DNA of 64,000 bases, taken from assembly GCA_965248975.1 (NCBI GenBank), contig CBDFKU010000013.1, positions 8,723 to 72,722 on the forward strand, given 5' to 3'. This DNA comes from Dehalococcoidia bacterium (GTDB lineage: Bacteria; Chloroflexota; Dehalococcoidia; Lucifugimonadales; JAGWBF01). The translations under genes and the position numbers were made by a program. Of the stretch, positions 39,101 through 46,631 are shown one piece after another (the first letter of the stretch is position 1; each line of letters begins with the position of its first letter). A model generated the notes under the pieces. That model had not been told where the DNA came from and did no database searches. It worked only from the letters and a program-made list of their open reading frames with translations.

Positions 39101-40966
39101 TCGGCGGACCTCTGTTATCTTGATCTTCGCCCCGTACAGATGGTCCCGGTTCAGGTTCTTGATGCCTCCGGCGCCGAACATCTCTTCATAGGTCTTGGCG
39201 TTGAAGACGAACTTTTTCACGTCGGTAGGCCCTGCTGTGAGGGTGAAGGACTGGTTGGTCAGGGGCAGATGCTCCGGCTCGGTCCCCTTTTTGGCGAACT
39301 CCGCCAGGGGACCGTCGATCTCGATGGTAACCGATATGAACGGGAGCTTCTGCTCTTCGTCGGGATCGTGCTCGGGCACACCACAGCCGGGCGCTTGTGC
39401 GGGCGGGCGTTTCCGGTCGGGTGGAGGGCTCGGAGAGACCCATGACATCGGCAGGAACCCCCAGCCACCGTTGTCTCCAAAAACCATATCCAGGGCTATG
39501 GCGTCGTGCTTGATCACCAGCTCTTCCGGAGAGGGCTCCGGCGGACGAGGCGGCGGTCCGCCGGAGCCGCCACAGCCGCCCGGCGGGGTCAGGCCGTGCC
39601 ACCCCGGATGAGTTATGCCGGTGTCCGGGTCGGTGGTGACGAACAGACCGTCTGCGGACACCGTAGCCGTCCCCTCTATGACCAGGCGGCCGGTGGTGTG
39701 ATCGAAGCTGAGGAAGTTGAGCTTGGTGCCCGGAGCAGCCCCGAAGACGTTGGGAAAGGTCATGGGCGCGGGCGTGGAGAAGTTGGAGATACCCGGCGCC
39801 TGGAGGGTGATGTCGAAGGTGTGCTGCAGGACCCCAGGAGGCAGCATGTCCCGGACCAGGTCCGGGGGCACGGTGCTGAGACCTACCTGCCCGCTCTCCA
39901 GACGGCCACCGTTGGCGTCCACCAGGCTCCCGGGTTGGATGTCTACCGACAAGAAATGCCTCTCCCCCGGCGGCAGGTCGGGAGCTGACACGTCGTCGGC
40001 CACGATCATGGTGGAGCCATCCCCGTCGACCTGCCGCAGTATCTCCGAGGGGAGACGTGGCAGGTATAGATGGGGCGTTCCCGCCATGGGGAAGTTCTCG
40101 ATGGCCGGCTCGATGTTGACGTCGATCACCATCTCCGGGAAGTAGAGGCCGTCGGGCGGGGCTGCGGCCGTCATGCCATTCACGGCCAGCTTGACGTTCC
40201 CTACCGGCACACTGTCGAAGGTGAACCGGCCCTCGGGGCCGGTAATCCGCTTCTGCTCCTCCAGTCCCAGGAGGAATACCTCGACACCTTCGATGGGCAG
40301 CAGAAAGACGTCGTCGTCGGTGTGGAGGGTCTCATCGGGCCCGGGATCGACGTCATCCTCGGTCATGGGCTCCCGGTCGGGACCGGGGTCCACGATGATT
40401 CCGGTCAGTGACGTCTCCGGCAGCGGGACCACGCTGACCGTGGTGAAGCGGTAGGTCCTGACCCCTCCAGGCTCCCCGTCTCCGTTGGCGTCCAGGGGAG
40501 GGCCGCCGTCCAGCGGCAGGATGGTGGAGCCGTCGACGGTGACGGTCACGTGGGAGGCGTCGGCCATGGCCCCATTGAAAAACAGCCAGCCGAATCTGCC
40601 GTCGCCGGCCGGCACGATGGCAGCGGGGAACTTCTCGCCGCCGAAGGTGGCGAAGAAATTGTCCTCGTCAAGGCTGGGGGAATACACCGGCCTGGAGAAG
40701 AAGACCTGGGGCCGGAAGGTCACCCCCACATCTACCGCCCCATCCACCGGGGTGTGGTCGACCACTTCGACCAGCTCGTTGAGCTCGGATTCCTGGGGAG
40801 AGGCGCTGCCGAACCGGGATGCGACCCGGACCAGATCACTCAGACCTACATCGCCGCTGGAGTCCAGGTCGGCCCGCTGATCGAAGCCGTCGTCGCCCGG
40901 CCGCTTGAGGAAGGAGGAGGCGACGATTCGAAGGTCCTCGCCATCGATGCGGCCGTCGTCGTTGAC
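36104..40966 (-). CDS. central part of the giant surface protein: dockerin (second half), SbsA-type Ig, CarboxypepD_reg-like domain, HExxH zinc metalloprotease, two choice-of-anchor-D/ASH-like domains, TSP3 repeats, LVIVD blades 1-5
   Basis: HEIAHTFGLND at 38144-38176. DSDGLPDDVE...DTDGDGLSDFVE (TSP3). IAYVADGSGGLAIVDAS repeats. The frame is open from 40966 down; the GTG at 40765 in the ORF track is only the first start codon after a stop that lies inside the IS. Confidence 0.75.
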   Translation of the reverse strand, partial: VNDDGRIDGEDLRIVASSFLKRPGDDGFDQRADLDSSGDVGLSDLVRVASRFGSASPQESELNELVEVVDHTPVDGAVDVGVTFRPQVFFSRPVYSPSLDEDNFFATFGGEKFPAAIVPAGDGRFGWLFFNGAMADASHVTVTVDGSTILPLDGGPPLDANGDGEPGGVRTYRFTTVSVVPLPETSLTGIIVDPGPDREPMTEDDVDPGPDETLHTDDDVFLLPIEGVEVFLLGLEEQKRITGPEGRFTFDSVPVGNVKLAVNGMTAAAPPDGLYFPEMVIDVNIEPAIENFPMAGTPHLYLPRLPSEILRQVDGDGSTMIVADDVSAPDLPPGERHFLSVDIQPGSLVDANGGRLESGQVGLSTVPPDLVRDMLPPGVLQHTFDITLQAPGISNFSTPAPMTFPNVFGAAPGTKLNFLSFDHTTGRLVIEGTATVSADGLFVTTDPDTGITHPGWHGLTPPGGCGGSGGPPPRPPEPSPEELVIKHDAIALDMVFGDNGGWGFLPMSWVSPSPPPDRKRPPAQAPGCGVPEHDPDEEQKLPFISVTIEIDGPLAEFAKKGTEPEHLPLTNQSFTLTAGPTDVKKFVFNAKTYEEMFGAGGIKNLNRDHLYGAKIKITEVRREADGSRTRDIFTFYAYRWVNVIYAPEAKSKAGNSAAFHRTLTDPSIFGSDGFHRTKTVGAHLPKSVRTSFTGPLLGSPFVLSNTVIGGKEMLWLFDPTLSGERSDSFDVKVDGLKVGSILARGTATNRTTVNVNVEGYKVELKRIIKALQKDATGDIFHIFPDSTKKFVSNKFKTQFAGFMPGDAYTEAQLDAKMQSEADALKAAIKADYDTANKPEVGYQFVDSGGDVTMSWKDLGGRLYGSADYDSDETFLKPLITNDVISPAAKEWALAQALNQKVVNKGEFSVAINVSWTSGATFAQFMANTVSHEIAHTFGLNDSYLNGNGNINPANDIMNAGSDSDADLTFSAQNQNLLKAALGFHRNADKPLTAELKMYRDNINLPNSRAGIRDVLDEPAPGIGVSAAGETLFPDDVVTFDDVAASNGTGGATTQIDLTITSNGQLPLIIDSVSLSDGSAGFSIVAGVAPGTTLGLEQSTVVTVEFNPAGVGGHQDTLTINSNSGGAPAFSIGLTGTGLSPDPVAAVELLDNNNLGGLPVAGGSAEVAELASITNLGVAPLVIADIALVEGIGPFSLLGLPADMNTNPINLALGESFIFGVGFDPNRLGIERALIQVVTNDPDRPNLRISAVGTGLDQTVYPHWGNDYIAIETPDLPGSVVLRDLSDDQGNFQLFLPSEEPFHMVIFDPVTGLVSHSFGTSARSGQGIDLTSSIVFSGSVEPDGDSDGLPDDVEFALGTSATKADTDGDGLSDFVEVAQGLDPLGGRSFPTGIIANVRLRGEARDLVVEGRPRGEAGQIAYVADGSGGLAIVDASQFNKPTLLSQLGLPGTAEDVGVDATVGIAAVAAGAVGLHLVDVSDPVSPALLQTVELPDGAARVEVFDGLAYVASGTSVHSIDLLTGEFEQALGLGGAQLTDIAREDAMLYTMDADRTLRAVDLSGFDMMIRGSLALTDGGGRLFVGNGIAYAVAESNFRGGFATADVSNPDEITLISGSDVPSTE

Positions 40967-42711
40967 GAGGCTGTCTCAGAAGTCAGGGACATGGTGAATG
41001 AACCCGTGTTAGGTGTACCTTAGAGGCGACATCAACGAAGGAGAGATGGAGATGCCGCTTCGAGATATGGACCGCGATCAGATGTGGCTGCTGCCGCCTT
41101 CTCTTGACGAACTGTTGCCGTTAGACCATCCAGCCCGATTCGTGGCCGAGTTTGTGGACGCACTGGATAGGGAAGGCTGGGCCGAGCTCGGCGTGGAGAT
41201 AGACGGCGACCCGATGGGAGCGCCGGCCTACCATCCCCGCGCTTTGTTGAACGTGTGGTTGTACGGGTTCATGACCGGGGTGCGCTCCTGCCGCAAGTTG
41301 GAGGCGGCCTGTCGCGACCAGATACCGTACCTGTGGCTGACTGGGTGGCAGCATCCCGACCACAACACCCTGTGGCGGTTCTACAGGGATCATCGCCGAG
41401 CCATGAGGAAGCTGTTCGAGCGCACAGTGCGCACGGCGGTAACTATGAAACTGGTGAACCTGGCGGTTCAGGCGGTTGACGGAACTAAGGTGGGTGCCAA
41501 TGCGGCCAGAGATAGGACCTACAATGCCGAGGAGTTGGGCCGGTTATTGAACAGGGTGGGGAAGGCGATAGCCGACCTTGAAGATCAGAACGAAGGAGGT
41601 GAGGATACCCCTGCCTTACATCTGCCGGAGGAGTTAGCCAACAAGAGAGTGCTGAGGGAGCAGATTCGTCATGCAATGGACGAGTTGGCTTCTGAGCAGA
41701 ATCGCAAGCGCATCAACCTGACCGATTGGGACGCAAGACTTATGAAGACCCGTCAGGGATTCGTGCCCAGCTACAACGCCCAGGCTATGGTTTCACCGCT
41801 GGCATCCGGCGGAAAGACGACCGGCATGCTGCTGACCGCCGTGGACGTTGTGGACCAAACCAATGACGCCTTCCAGTTGACCCCGATGATGGAACAGGCA
41901 GAGGGTGTTACAGGAACCAGGACTCCGGTGACGTTGGCTGACGCCGGCTATTGTGGAGGCGGGCACCTGGAGGCGAGTCACCGTAAAGGTCAGCAAGTGG
42001 CAATGCCGGATATGGCCCGACCTCTGGACAACCCCTATCATAAGGACCGATTCACCTATGACGAGGATAACGACAGCTACATCTGTCCTCAGGGAAAGAG
42101 ATTGCGCTTGTCCAGTTCGTCGACAAACAAAGGAATGCCGGTCCGGGTATACCGACCAGTCTCTGTCTCCGCCTGCCGCAACTGCCCCGCTTTTGGAGTC
42201 TGCACCAGGGACTACCAACGGGGACGCAAACTAGAAATCGGACCATACGACCGTGCACTGCGGGATCACAGAGAATGGATGTCTACCGAGGCAGCCAGGA
42301 CGGCTTACAATCTGAGAAAGCAGTTGATCGAACCCGTCTTCGGAATCTTTAAGGAGCAACTGAGGGCACGGAGGTTCCTGTTGCGTGGCCTTGCCAACGT
42401 GAAGGCCGAATGGACGGTGCTTGCTATCGCCTTCAACCTCCGCACCCTCTGGAAGGCGTGGAGACCCCAAGCCTGCCTCTCCACTCAAGTATCCACGGCC
42501 TAGAGTCTCTCCCCACTCTCTGACAGCAACTGCTGTCACTACAGCAACCCTCACCCTTCAATCCAGCATTCCCCTAGCACTTCCCAGCCAGGGTCACAAA
42601 GCAAACCCTGGTCAAAGCGACATCTCCATCTCTTCGTTGATGTCGCCTCGGAAACACACCTAACGACTTAGCGCGGTTCTATTCACCACTTCCCACTTGT
42701 GGGACAGCCTC
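40967..42711 (+). mobile_element. IS1182-family (IS5-like) insertion sequence, 1,745 bp, with about 95-bp imperfect terminal inverted repeats and a 5-bp target duplication TTGAC
   Basis: The left end GAGGCTGTCTCAGAAGTCAGGGACATGGTGAATGAACC...GTTAGGTGT...GAGGCGACATCAACGAAGGAGAGATGGAGATG matches the reverse complement of the right end (...GACAGCCTC at 42703-42711). TTGAC occurs at 40962-40966 and 42712-42716. Confidence 0.85.
41052..42503 (+). CDS. IS1182-family DDE transposase
   Basis: N-terminal MWLLPPSLDELLPLDHPARFVAEFVDALD (InsH N-terminal/DUF772-type), Cys-rich YICPQGKRL...CRNCPAFGVC, C-terminal DDE region. The ATG at 41052 follows GAAGGAGAG (41046 is an alternative; the ORF track starts at GTG 41013). 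Confidence 0.85.
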   Translation: MPLRDMDRDQMWLLPPSLDELLPLDHPARFVAEFVDALDREGWAELGVEIDGDPMGAPAYHPRALLNVWLYGFMTGVRSCRKLEAACRDQIPYLWLTGWQHPDHNTLWRFYRDHRRAMRKLFERTVRTAVTMKLVNLAVQAVDGTKVGANAARDRTYNAEELGRLLNRVGKAIADLEDQNEGGEDTPALHLPEELANKRVLREQIRHAMDELASEQNRKRINLTDWDARLMKTRQGFVPSYNAQAMVSPLASGGKTTGMLLTAVDVVDQTNDAFQLTPMMEQAEGVTGTRTPVTLADAGYCGGGHLEASHRKGQQVAMPDMARPLDNPYHKDRFTYDEDNDSYICPQGKRLRLSSSSTNKGMPVRVYRPVSVSACRNCPAFGVCTRDYQRGRKLEIGPYDRALRDHREWMSTEAARTAYNLRKQLIEPVFGIFKEQLRARRFLLRGLANVKAEWTVLAIAFNLRTLWKAWRPQACLSTQVSTA

Positions 42712-43145
42712 TTGACGTTCCCCGACCGCAGGGTCCCCATGTCCAGGATGAAGGCGCCGGCCCCGTCCAATGTGACGCTGCGCCGCGCGATCATCAGGGT
42801 GCCGAGGCTCTCGATTGTGACGTTGTAGATTCCGGGAGCCACATCGGGAAGGGTGAAGGAGGAAGTCCCGGAAGCGGCGTCGAAGATGGTCTCGGTTTCC
42901 ACCACCCGCAGAGGCGTGTCGGCCAACACATCGGACCTGGCCGACACGTTGATCTGGAAGAGCTTGAGGGTTACGGGCTTCTCCCAACCCTCAGGCGCCG
43001 GCCGCTCCTCGGGAAACCTTACGATGCCCTGGGTGTCCACCGGCTCTTCCCCGGACTCCGTTAGGAGGAGGCCTCCGGCAACGGCGACGGCCGTGGTAAA
43101 GGATAGCAGGATCAAGACCAGAGGAATGACTCGAAGGGCCAGCAC
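42712..43145 (-). CDS. N-terminal fragment of the giant surface protein (signal peptide, first beta-sandwich, first residues of the dockerin)
   Basis: MLALRVIPLVLILLSFTTAVAVAGG signal/anchor. The ORF call 42660..43145 reads 17 further codons and its stop from the IS right inverted repeat. Confidence 0.7.
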
Positions 43146-43355
43146 GTTCCCCCTACCGCCGATCTCATTAAGGGAGAAGAGGTCGAGCCAAAACTATATC
43201 ATCGTCGATATACTAAGTCAAAAATATCCCGCCGCGGCATGGTACTCGGGAGGGATCGCGCGGATACCTCGGGGTGTATACTGTACCCGACCTGGTGCTA
43301 TAAAGAAACCGGGTGACCGTGGCGGTCTCGATCTCTCCCTTATAGGTGGTCCTTG

Positions 43356-44204
43356 ATGAAAGTTGGCATCCACACCTACTCCGCGGGATACTCGGTGGAC
43401 CCCGCCGTGCTCGCCACCAGGGCAGAGGAGATGGGCTTCGAGTCCTTCTGGGTGCCCGAACATCCCATTATACCCGTGTCCATGCCGCCGGTTCCGTTTT
43501 TCGAAGACGGTGTCCTTCCCGACCACTACAGCGAGAACCTGGACCCCTTTGTCGCCCTGGGCAGGGCCTCGGCGGTGACCCAGAAGATAAAGCTGGGAAT
43601 CGGCGTTTGTCTCGTCCCGGAGCGTAACCCCCTGGTCGTGGCCAAAGCGGCGGCTACGGTGGACCACTTGTCGGGAGGTAGGCTCATTCTGGGGGTCGGT
43701 GTGGGTTGGATCAGGGAGGAGACCGAGATCATGGGGGGCGACTTTCCCCATCGTTGGAGCCAGGCTTACGAGTTCATCCGAGTGCTCAAGGAGCTGTGGA
43801 CCAAAGAGGAATCCGAGTACCACGGCAAGTACTATGACTTCCCTGCCGTCCGGTCCTTCCCCAAGCCGGCCCAAGTGCCCCACCTACCCATTTTCATGGG
43901 CAGCAACCGGCCTTACGCCCCTAGACGCGTGGTAGAGCTGGCCGACGGCTGGATGCCGGTAGGGTTCTCGCCAGAGAAGACAAATGAGGGTCGCGCCAAA
44001 CTGGACCGGCTCGCCGAGAAGGCCGGGCGGGACCCGCGGTCCATCGAGCTCACCGTCTTCGGCTTGCCGGGACAGTACAGGGACAAGGCGCTGGTGGAGG
44101 CCCTCTTCGCAGCCGGCGCGGATCGGGTGATCATCCTGCTGACTCGGACAAAGGGCGACGAGGTCCTGGCGGAAATGGAAGAGGTCGCCGGGACCGTCCT
44201 CTGA
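43356..44204 (+). CDS. luciferase-like monooxygenase family oxidoreductase (probably F420-dependent LLM class)
   Basis: MKVGIHT...AEEMGFESFWVPEHP..., GRLILGVGVGW, typical LLM length. ATG 6 nt after AGGTGG. Confidence 0.75.
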   Translation: MKVGIHTYSAGYSVDPAVLATRAEEMGFESFWVPEHPIIPVSMPPVPFFEDGVLPDHYSENLDPFVALGRASAVTQKIKLGIGVCLVPERNPLVVAKAAATVDHLSGGRLILGVGVGWIREETEIMGGDFPHRWSQAYEFIRVLKELWTKEESEYHGKYYDFPAVRSFPKPAQVPHLPIFMGSNRPYAPRRVVELADGWMPVGFSPEKTNEGRAKLDRLAEKAGRDPRSIELTVFGLPGQYRDKALVEALFAAGADRVIILLTRTKGDEVLAEMEEVAGTVL

Positions 44205-44274
44205 TCTCGCCGGGGAGCTATACAAACTGCAAGAGCCCCATCGTGCAGCGCCTATTACAAGACTGCTCTGAGTG

Positions 44275-44303
44275 TTGACCCTCTCAGACGGTGGTGCTAA
44301 ACT
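44275..44303 (+). promoter_or_regulatory. putative promoter TTGACC-17-TAAACT
   Basis: Hexamers at 44275-44280 and 44298-44303, upstream of the DUF1501 gene. Confidence 0.35.
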
Positions 44304-44428
44304 CGGCCTATGCGGACAAAATAATGACATTAGAGGGGCCGCAGTTTCGCCTCGAAGACCGGCCTGATGCGGCAACCACGTCCTCCAGGTTAACTTGGTA
44401 GCGCTCCAACGGCGAAGGGAGGGAACCC

Positions 44429-45565
44429 ATGTCATCCAGTGAGAGAGACCGTGTGCTGGTGGTGCTTTCGCTGTCCGGCGGGAACGACGGCCTGAACACC
44501 CTGATCCCCTACGGCCATCCTAAATACTATGACTACAGGCCGACCCTGGGGATCTCCGAAGACCAGGTGCTCCCCATCAACGGCGAGCTCGGGTACCATC
44601 CCAGCATGGTAGAGCACAAGAGGATGTACGACGAAGGCAACGTCGCCGTGATCCAGGGGGTCGGCTACCCCAATCCCAGCACCTCCCACTTCCGGTCCAT
44701 GGATATCTGGCACACCTGCGAGCCCGACAAGGTGGGCACCGAGGGCTGGCTAGGCCGTGCCATCCGGGACCTGGACCCCAACGTGGAGAACGTGCTTACG
44801 GGGGTCAACTTTGGGCGGGGCCTGCCCCGGGCCCTGGTGGCTCCGGGCGTTCCCGTGTCCTCGGTGGGCAACCTGGAGACCTACGGCGTGCTTACCGGCA
44901 TCGACGGCGAGTCGCAGCGGGCCCGGGCGATAGACGTCTTCTCCCGGATGTACTCTCCGGCCCTGGGATCGGGTCCTGTGACCGACTACATACGGGAGAC
45001 GGGCATGTCCGCCCTCCAGGGCGCCGACATCCTTAAGACGGCGCCAGCCCAGTACTCTTCCACGGTGGAATATGGAGGCGATCCGATTGGTCAGGGATTG
45101 AGGCAGATAGCCCAGGTGCATCTGGCGGACCTGGGCTCTAGGATCCTGTATACTACCTCCCCCTACAACGGATTCGATACCCACGCCATGCAGGCGGGAG
45201 CCCACTCCCAGCTGCTGATGAACGTGTCGCGGGGAGTGGCCGATTTCTACGAGGACCTGCATGAGCACAACCGGGGCGAAGAGGTGCTGCTGTTCATGTT
45301 CAGCGAGTTCGGGCGCCGCGTCCATGACAACGGGGGTGGCACCGATCACGGAACAGGCGGCATCTGCTGGGTCGTCGGCGACCCGATCAAGGGCGGCCTG
45401 TACGCGGAGTACCCCTCTCTCAAGCCGGAGGAGCTGGAGGGAGGCGGTGATCTGCAGCACACCGTCGATTTCCGCTGCGTCTACGCGACCATTGTGGAGA
45501 AATGGCTGGGGCTGGACTCCACGACGATCGTTGGGGGCTCCTTCGAGCAGATCGATTTTCTCTAA
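44429..45565 (+). CDS. DUF1501 family protein (sulfatase-like fold), no Tat or signal sequence visible
   Basis: LVVLSLSGGNDGLNTLIPYG, GVGYPNPSTSHFRSMDIW, FSEFGRRVHDNGGGTDHG motifs are characteristic of DUF1501. Confidence 0.8.
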   Translation: MSSSERDRVLVVLSLSGGNDGLNTLIPYGHPKYYDYRPTLGISEDQVLPINGELGYHPSMVEHKRMYDEGNVAVIQGVGYPNPSTSHFRSMDIWHTCEPDKVGTEGWLGRAIRDLDPNVENVLTGVNFGRGLPRALVAPGVPVSSVGNLETYGVLTGIDGESQRARAIDVFSRMYSPALGSGPVTDYIRETGMSALQGADILKTAPAQYSSTVEYGGDPIGQGLRQIAQVHLADLGSRILYTTSPYNGFDTHAMQAGAHSQLLMNVSRGVADFYEDLHEHNRGEEVLLFMFSEFGRRVHDNGGGTDHGTGGICWVVGDPIKGGLYAEYPSLKPEELEGGGDLQHTVDFRCVYATIVEKWLGLDSTTIVGGSFEQIDFL

Positions 45566-45589
45566 GACCGCTCAAACAGAGAGGTGACC

Positions 45590-46576
45590 ATGGCCAGCGT
45601 ATTCTTTGGCATATCCACCCGCACATACCACTACGACCGCACCCTGGGCCGGGGCGACTTCTCCGGGGCGGGCTTCCGAAACCCAGCCGATCTGGCGCTG
45701 GGTTCCGAAGACCGCATCTATGTAGTCAGCCGTGGCTGGGAGTCTAGGCCCGACACAGTGCGGATCACCATAATGACCTACGAGGAAGACTATGTCGGCC
45801 AGTTCGGCCAGGGCGGGGAAGGACCCGGCGAGTTCATCGGGGCCACCTGTATCGCCCTGGACAGCGCCCAGAACGTCTACGTCACCGACGAGTGGCTCGA
45901 TCGCGTCTCCGTCTTCGACAGGGACGGGGATTTCCTGGCTCACTGGGGTGTCTCCGGGTCCGGCGACGGCCAACTGAGCAGGCCCGCCGGCATCGTTTTC
46001 GACGCCGAAGACAAAGCATACGTGGCTGACGGCAGTAACAATCGGGTACAGGTGTTCACCAAGGACGGAAAGTTCCTGGCCAAATGGGGCCAGCTCGGCA
46101 GTGGCGAGGGCCAGTTCAACCTCCCGTGGGGCATGACTATCGACTCCAGGGGCGACGTCTACGTGGCCGACTGGCGCAACGACCGAGTCCAGAAGTTCGA
46201 CGCCGACGGCCGGTTCCTGGCAGAGTTCGGGGAGAGCGGCAACCTCGTAGGGCAGTTCAACCGGCCCACCGACGTGGCCGTCGACAAAGATGGCGACATC
46301 TATGTCTCCGATTGGCGCAACGACCGGGTCCAGGTACTCACCCCCGATGGCCGACACGTTACCACCTTCACTGGTGATGGCGATATCTCCAAGTGGGCAC
46401 AGGAAAAGCTCAACGCCAACCCGGACATGATCAAGCAGCGCGCTATGATGAGGGACCTGGAGCCCGAGAGACGCCTGTGGCGTCCCAAGGGCCTGGAGGT
46501 AGATGGCCGGGGTAGGATCATCATAGTCGACAGTAATCGCGACCGCCTCCAGGTATACCAGAAGGACGAATCCTAA
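45590..46576 (+). CDS. NHL-repeat six-bladed beta-propeller protein
   Basis: Repeated units such as GQFNLPWGMTIDSRGDVYVADWRNDRVQKF and GQFNRPTDVAVDKDGDIYVSDWRNDRVQVL. The ATG at 45590 is preferred over the GTG at 45584. Confidence 0.85.
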   Translation: MASVFFGISTRTYHYDRTLGRGDFSGAGFRNPADLALGSEDRIYVVSRGWESRPDTVRITIMTYEEDYVGQFGQGGEGPGEFIGATCIALDSAQNVYVTDEWLDRVSVFDRDGDFLAHWGVSGSGDGQLSRPAGIVFDAEDKAYVADGSNNRVQVFTKDGKFLAKWGQLGSGEGQFNLPWGMTIDSRGDVYVADWRNDRVQKFDADGRFLAEFGESGNLVGQFNRPTDVAVDKDGDIYVSDWRNDRVQVLTPDGRHVTTFTGDGDISKWAQEKLNANPDMIKQRAMMRDLEPERRLWRPKGLEVDGRGRIIIVDSNRDRLQVYQKDES

Positions 46577-46616
46577 CCCGGATACCACGACCCGGATACC
46601 ACTACCCGGATACCAC
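46577..46616 (+). repeat. three tandem copies of CCCGGATACCAC (period 14; 46577-46588, 46591-46602, 46605-46616) filling the NHL-DUF1800 intergenic spacer just upstream of the SD AGGAG
   Basis: Read directly: taaCCCGGATACCACgaCCCGGATACCACtaCCCGGATACCACtacaAGGAGatcacgATG. Confidence 0.9.
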
Positions 46617-46631
46617 TACAAGGAGATCACG

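Larger units (their letters stand above)
33005..43145 (-). pseudogene. single giant (about 2,796-codon) secreted surface-protein gene, interrupted by an IS1182-family insertion (40967..42711) and an in-frame TGA (36104..36106)
   Basis: The three ORF calls share one frame once the IS and one TSD copy are removed. A dockerin module is split exactly at the insertion. An LVIVD propeller spans the TGA. Confidence 0.8.

Noticed and set aside
42660-43145. ORF 42660..43145 as an independent 161-aa secreted protein
   Set aside because: Its last 17 codons and its stop codon are read from the right inverted repeat of the IS. The native part (42712..43145) continues in frame into the dockerin on the other side of the IS.
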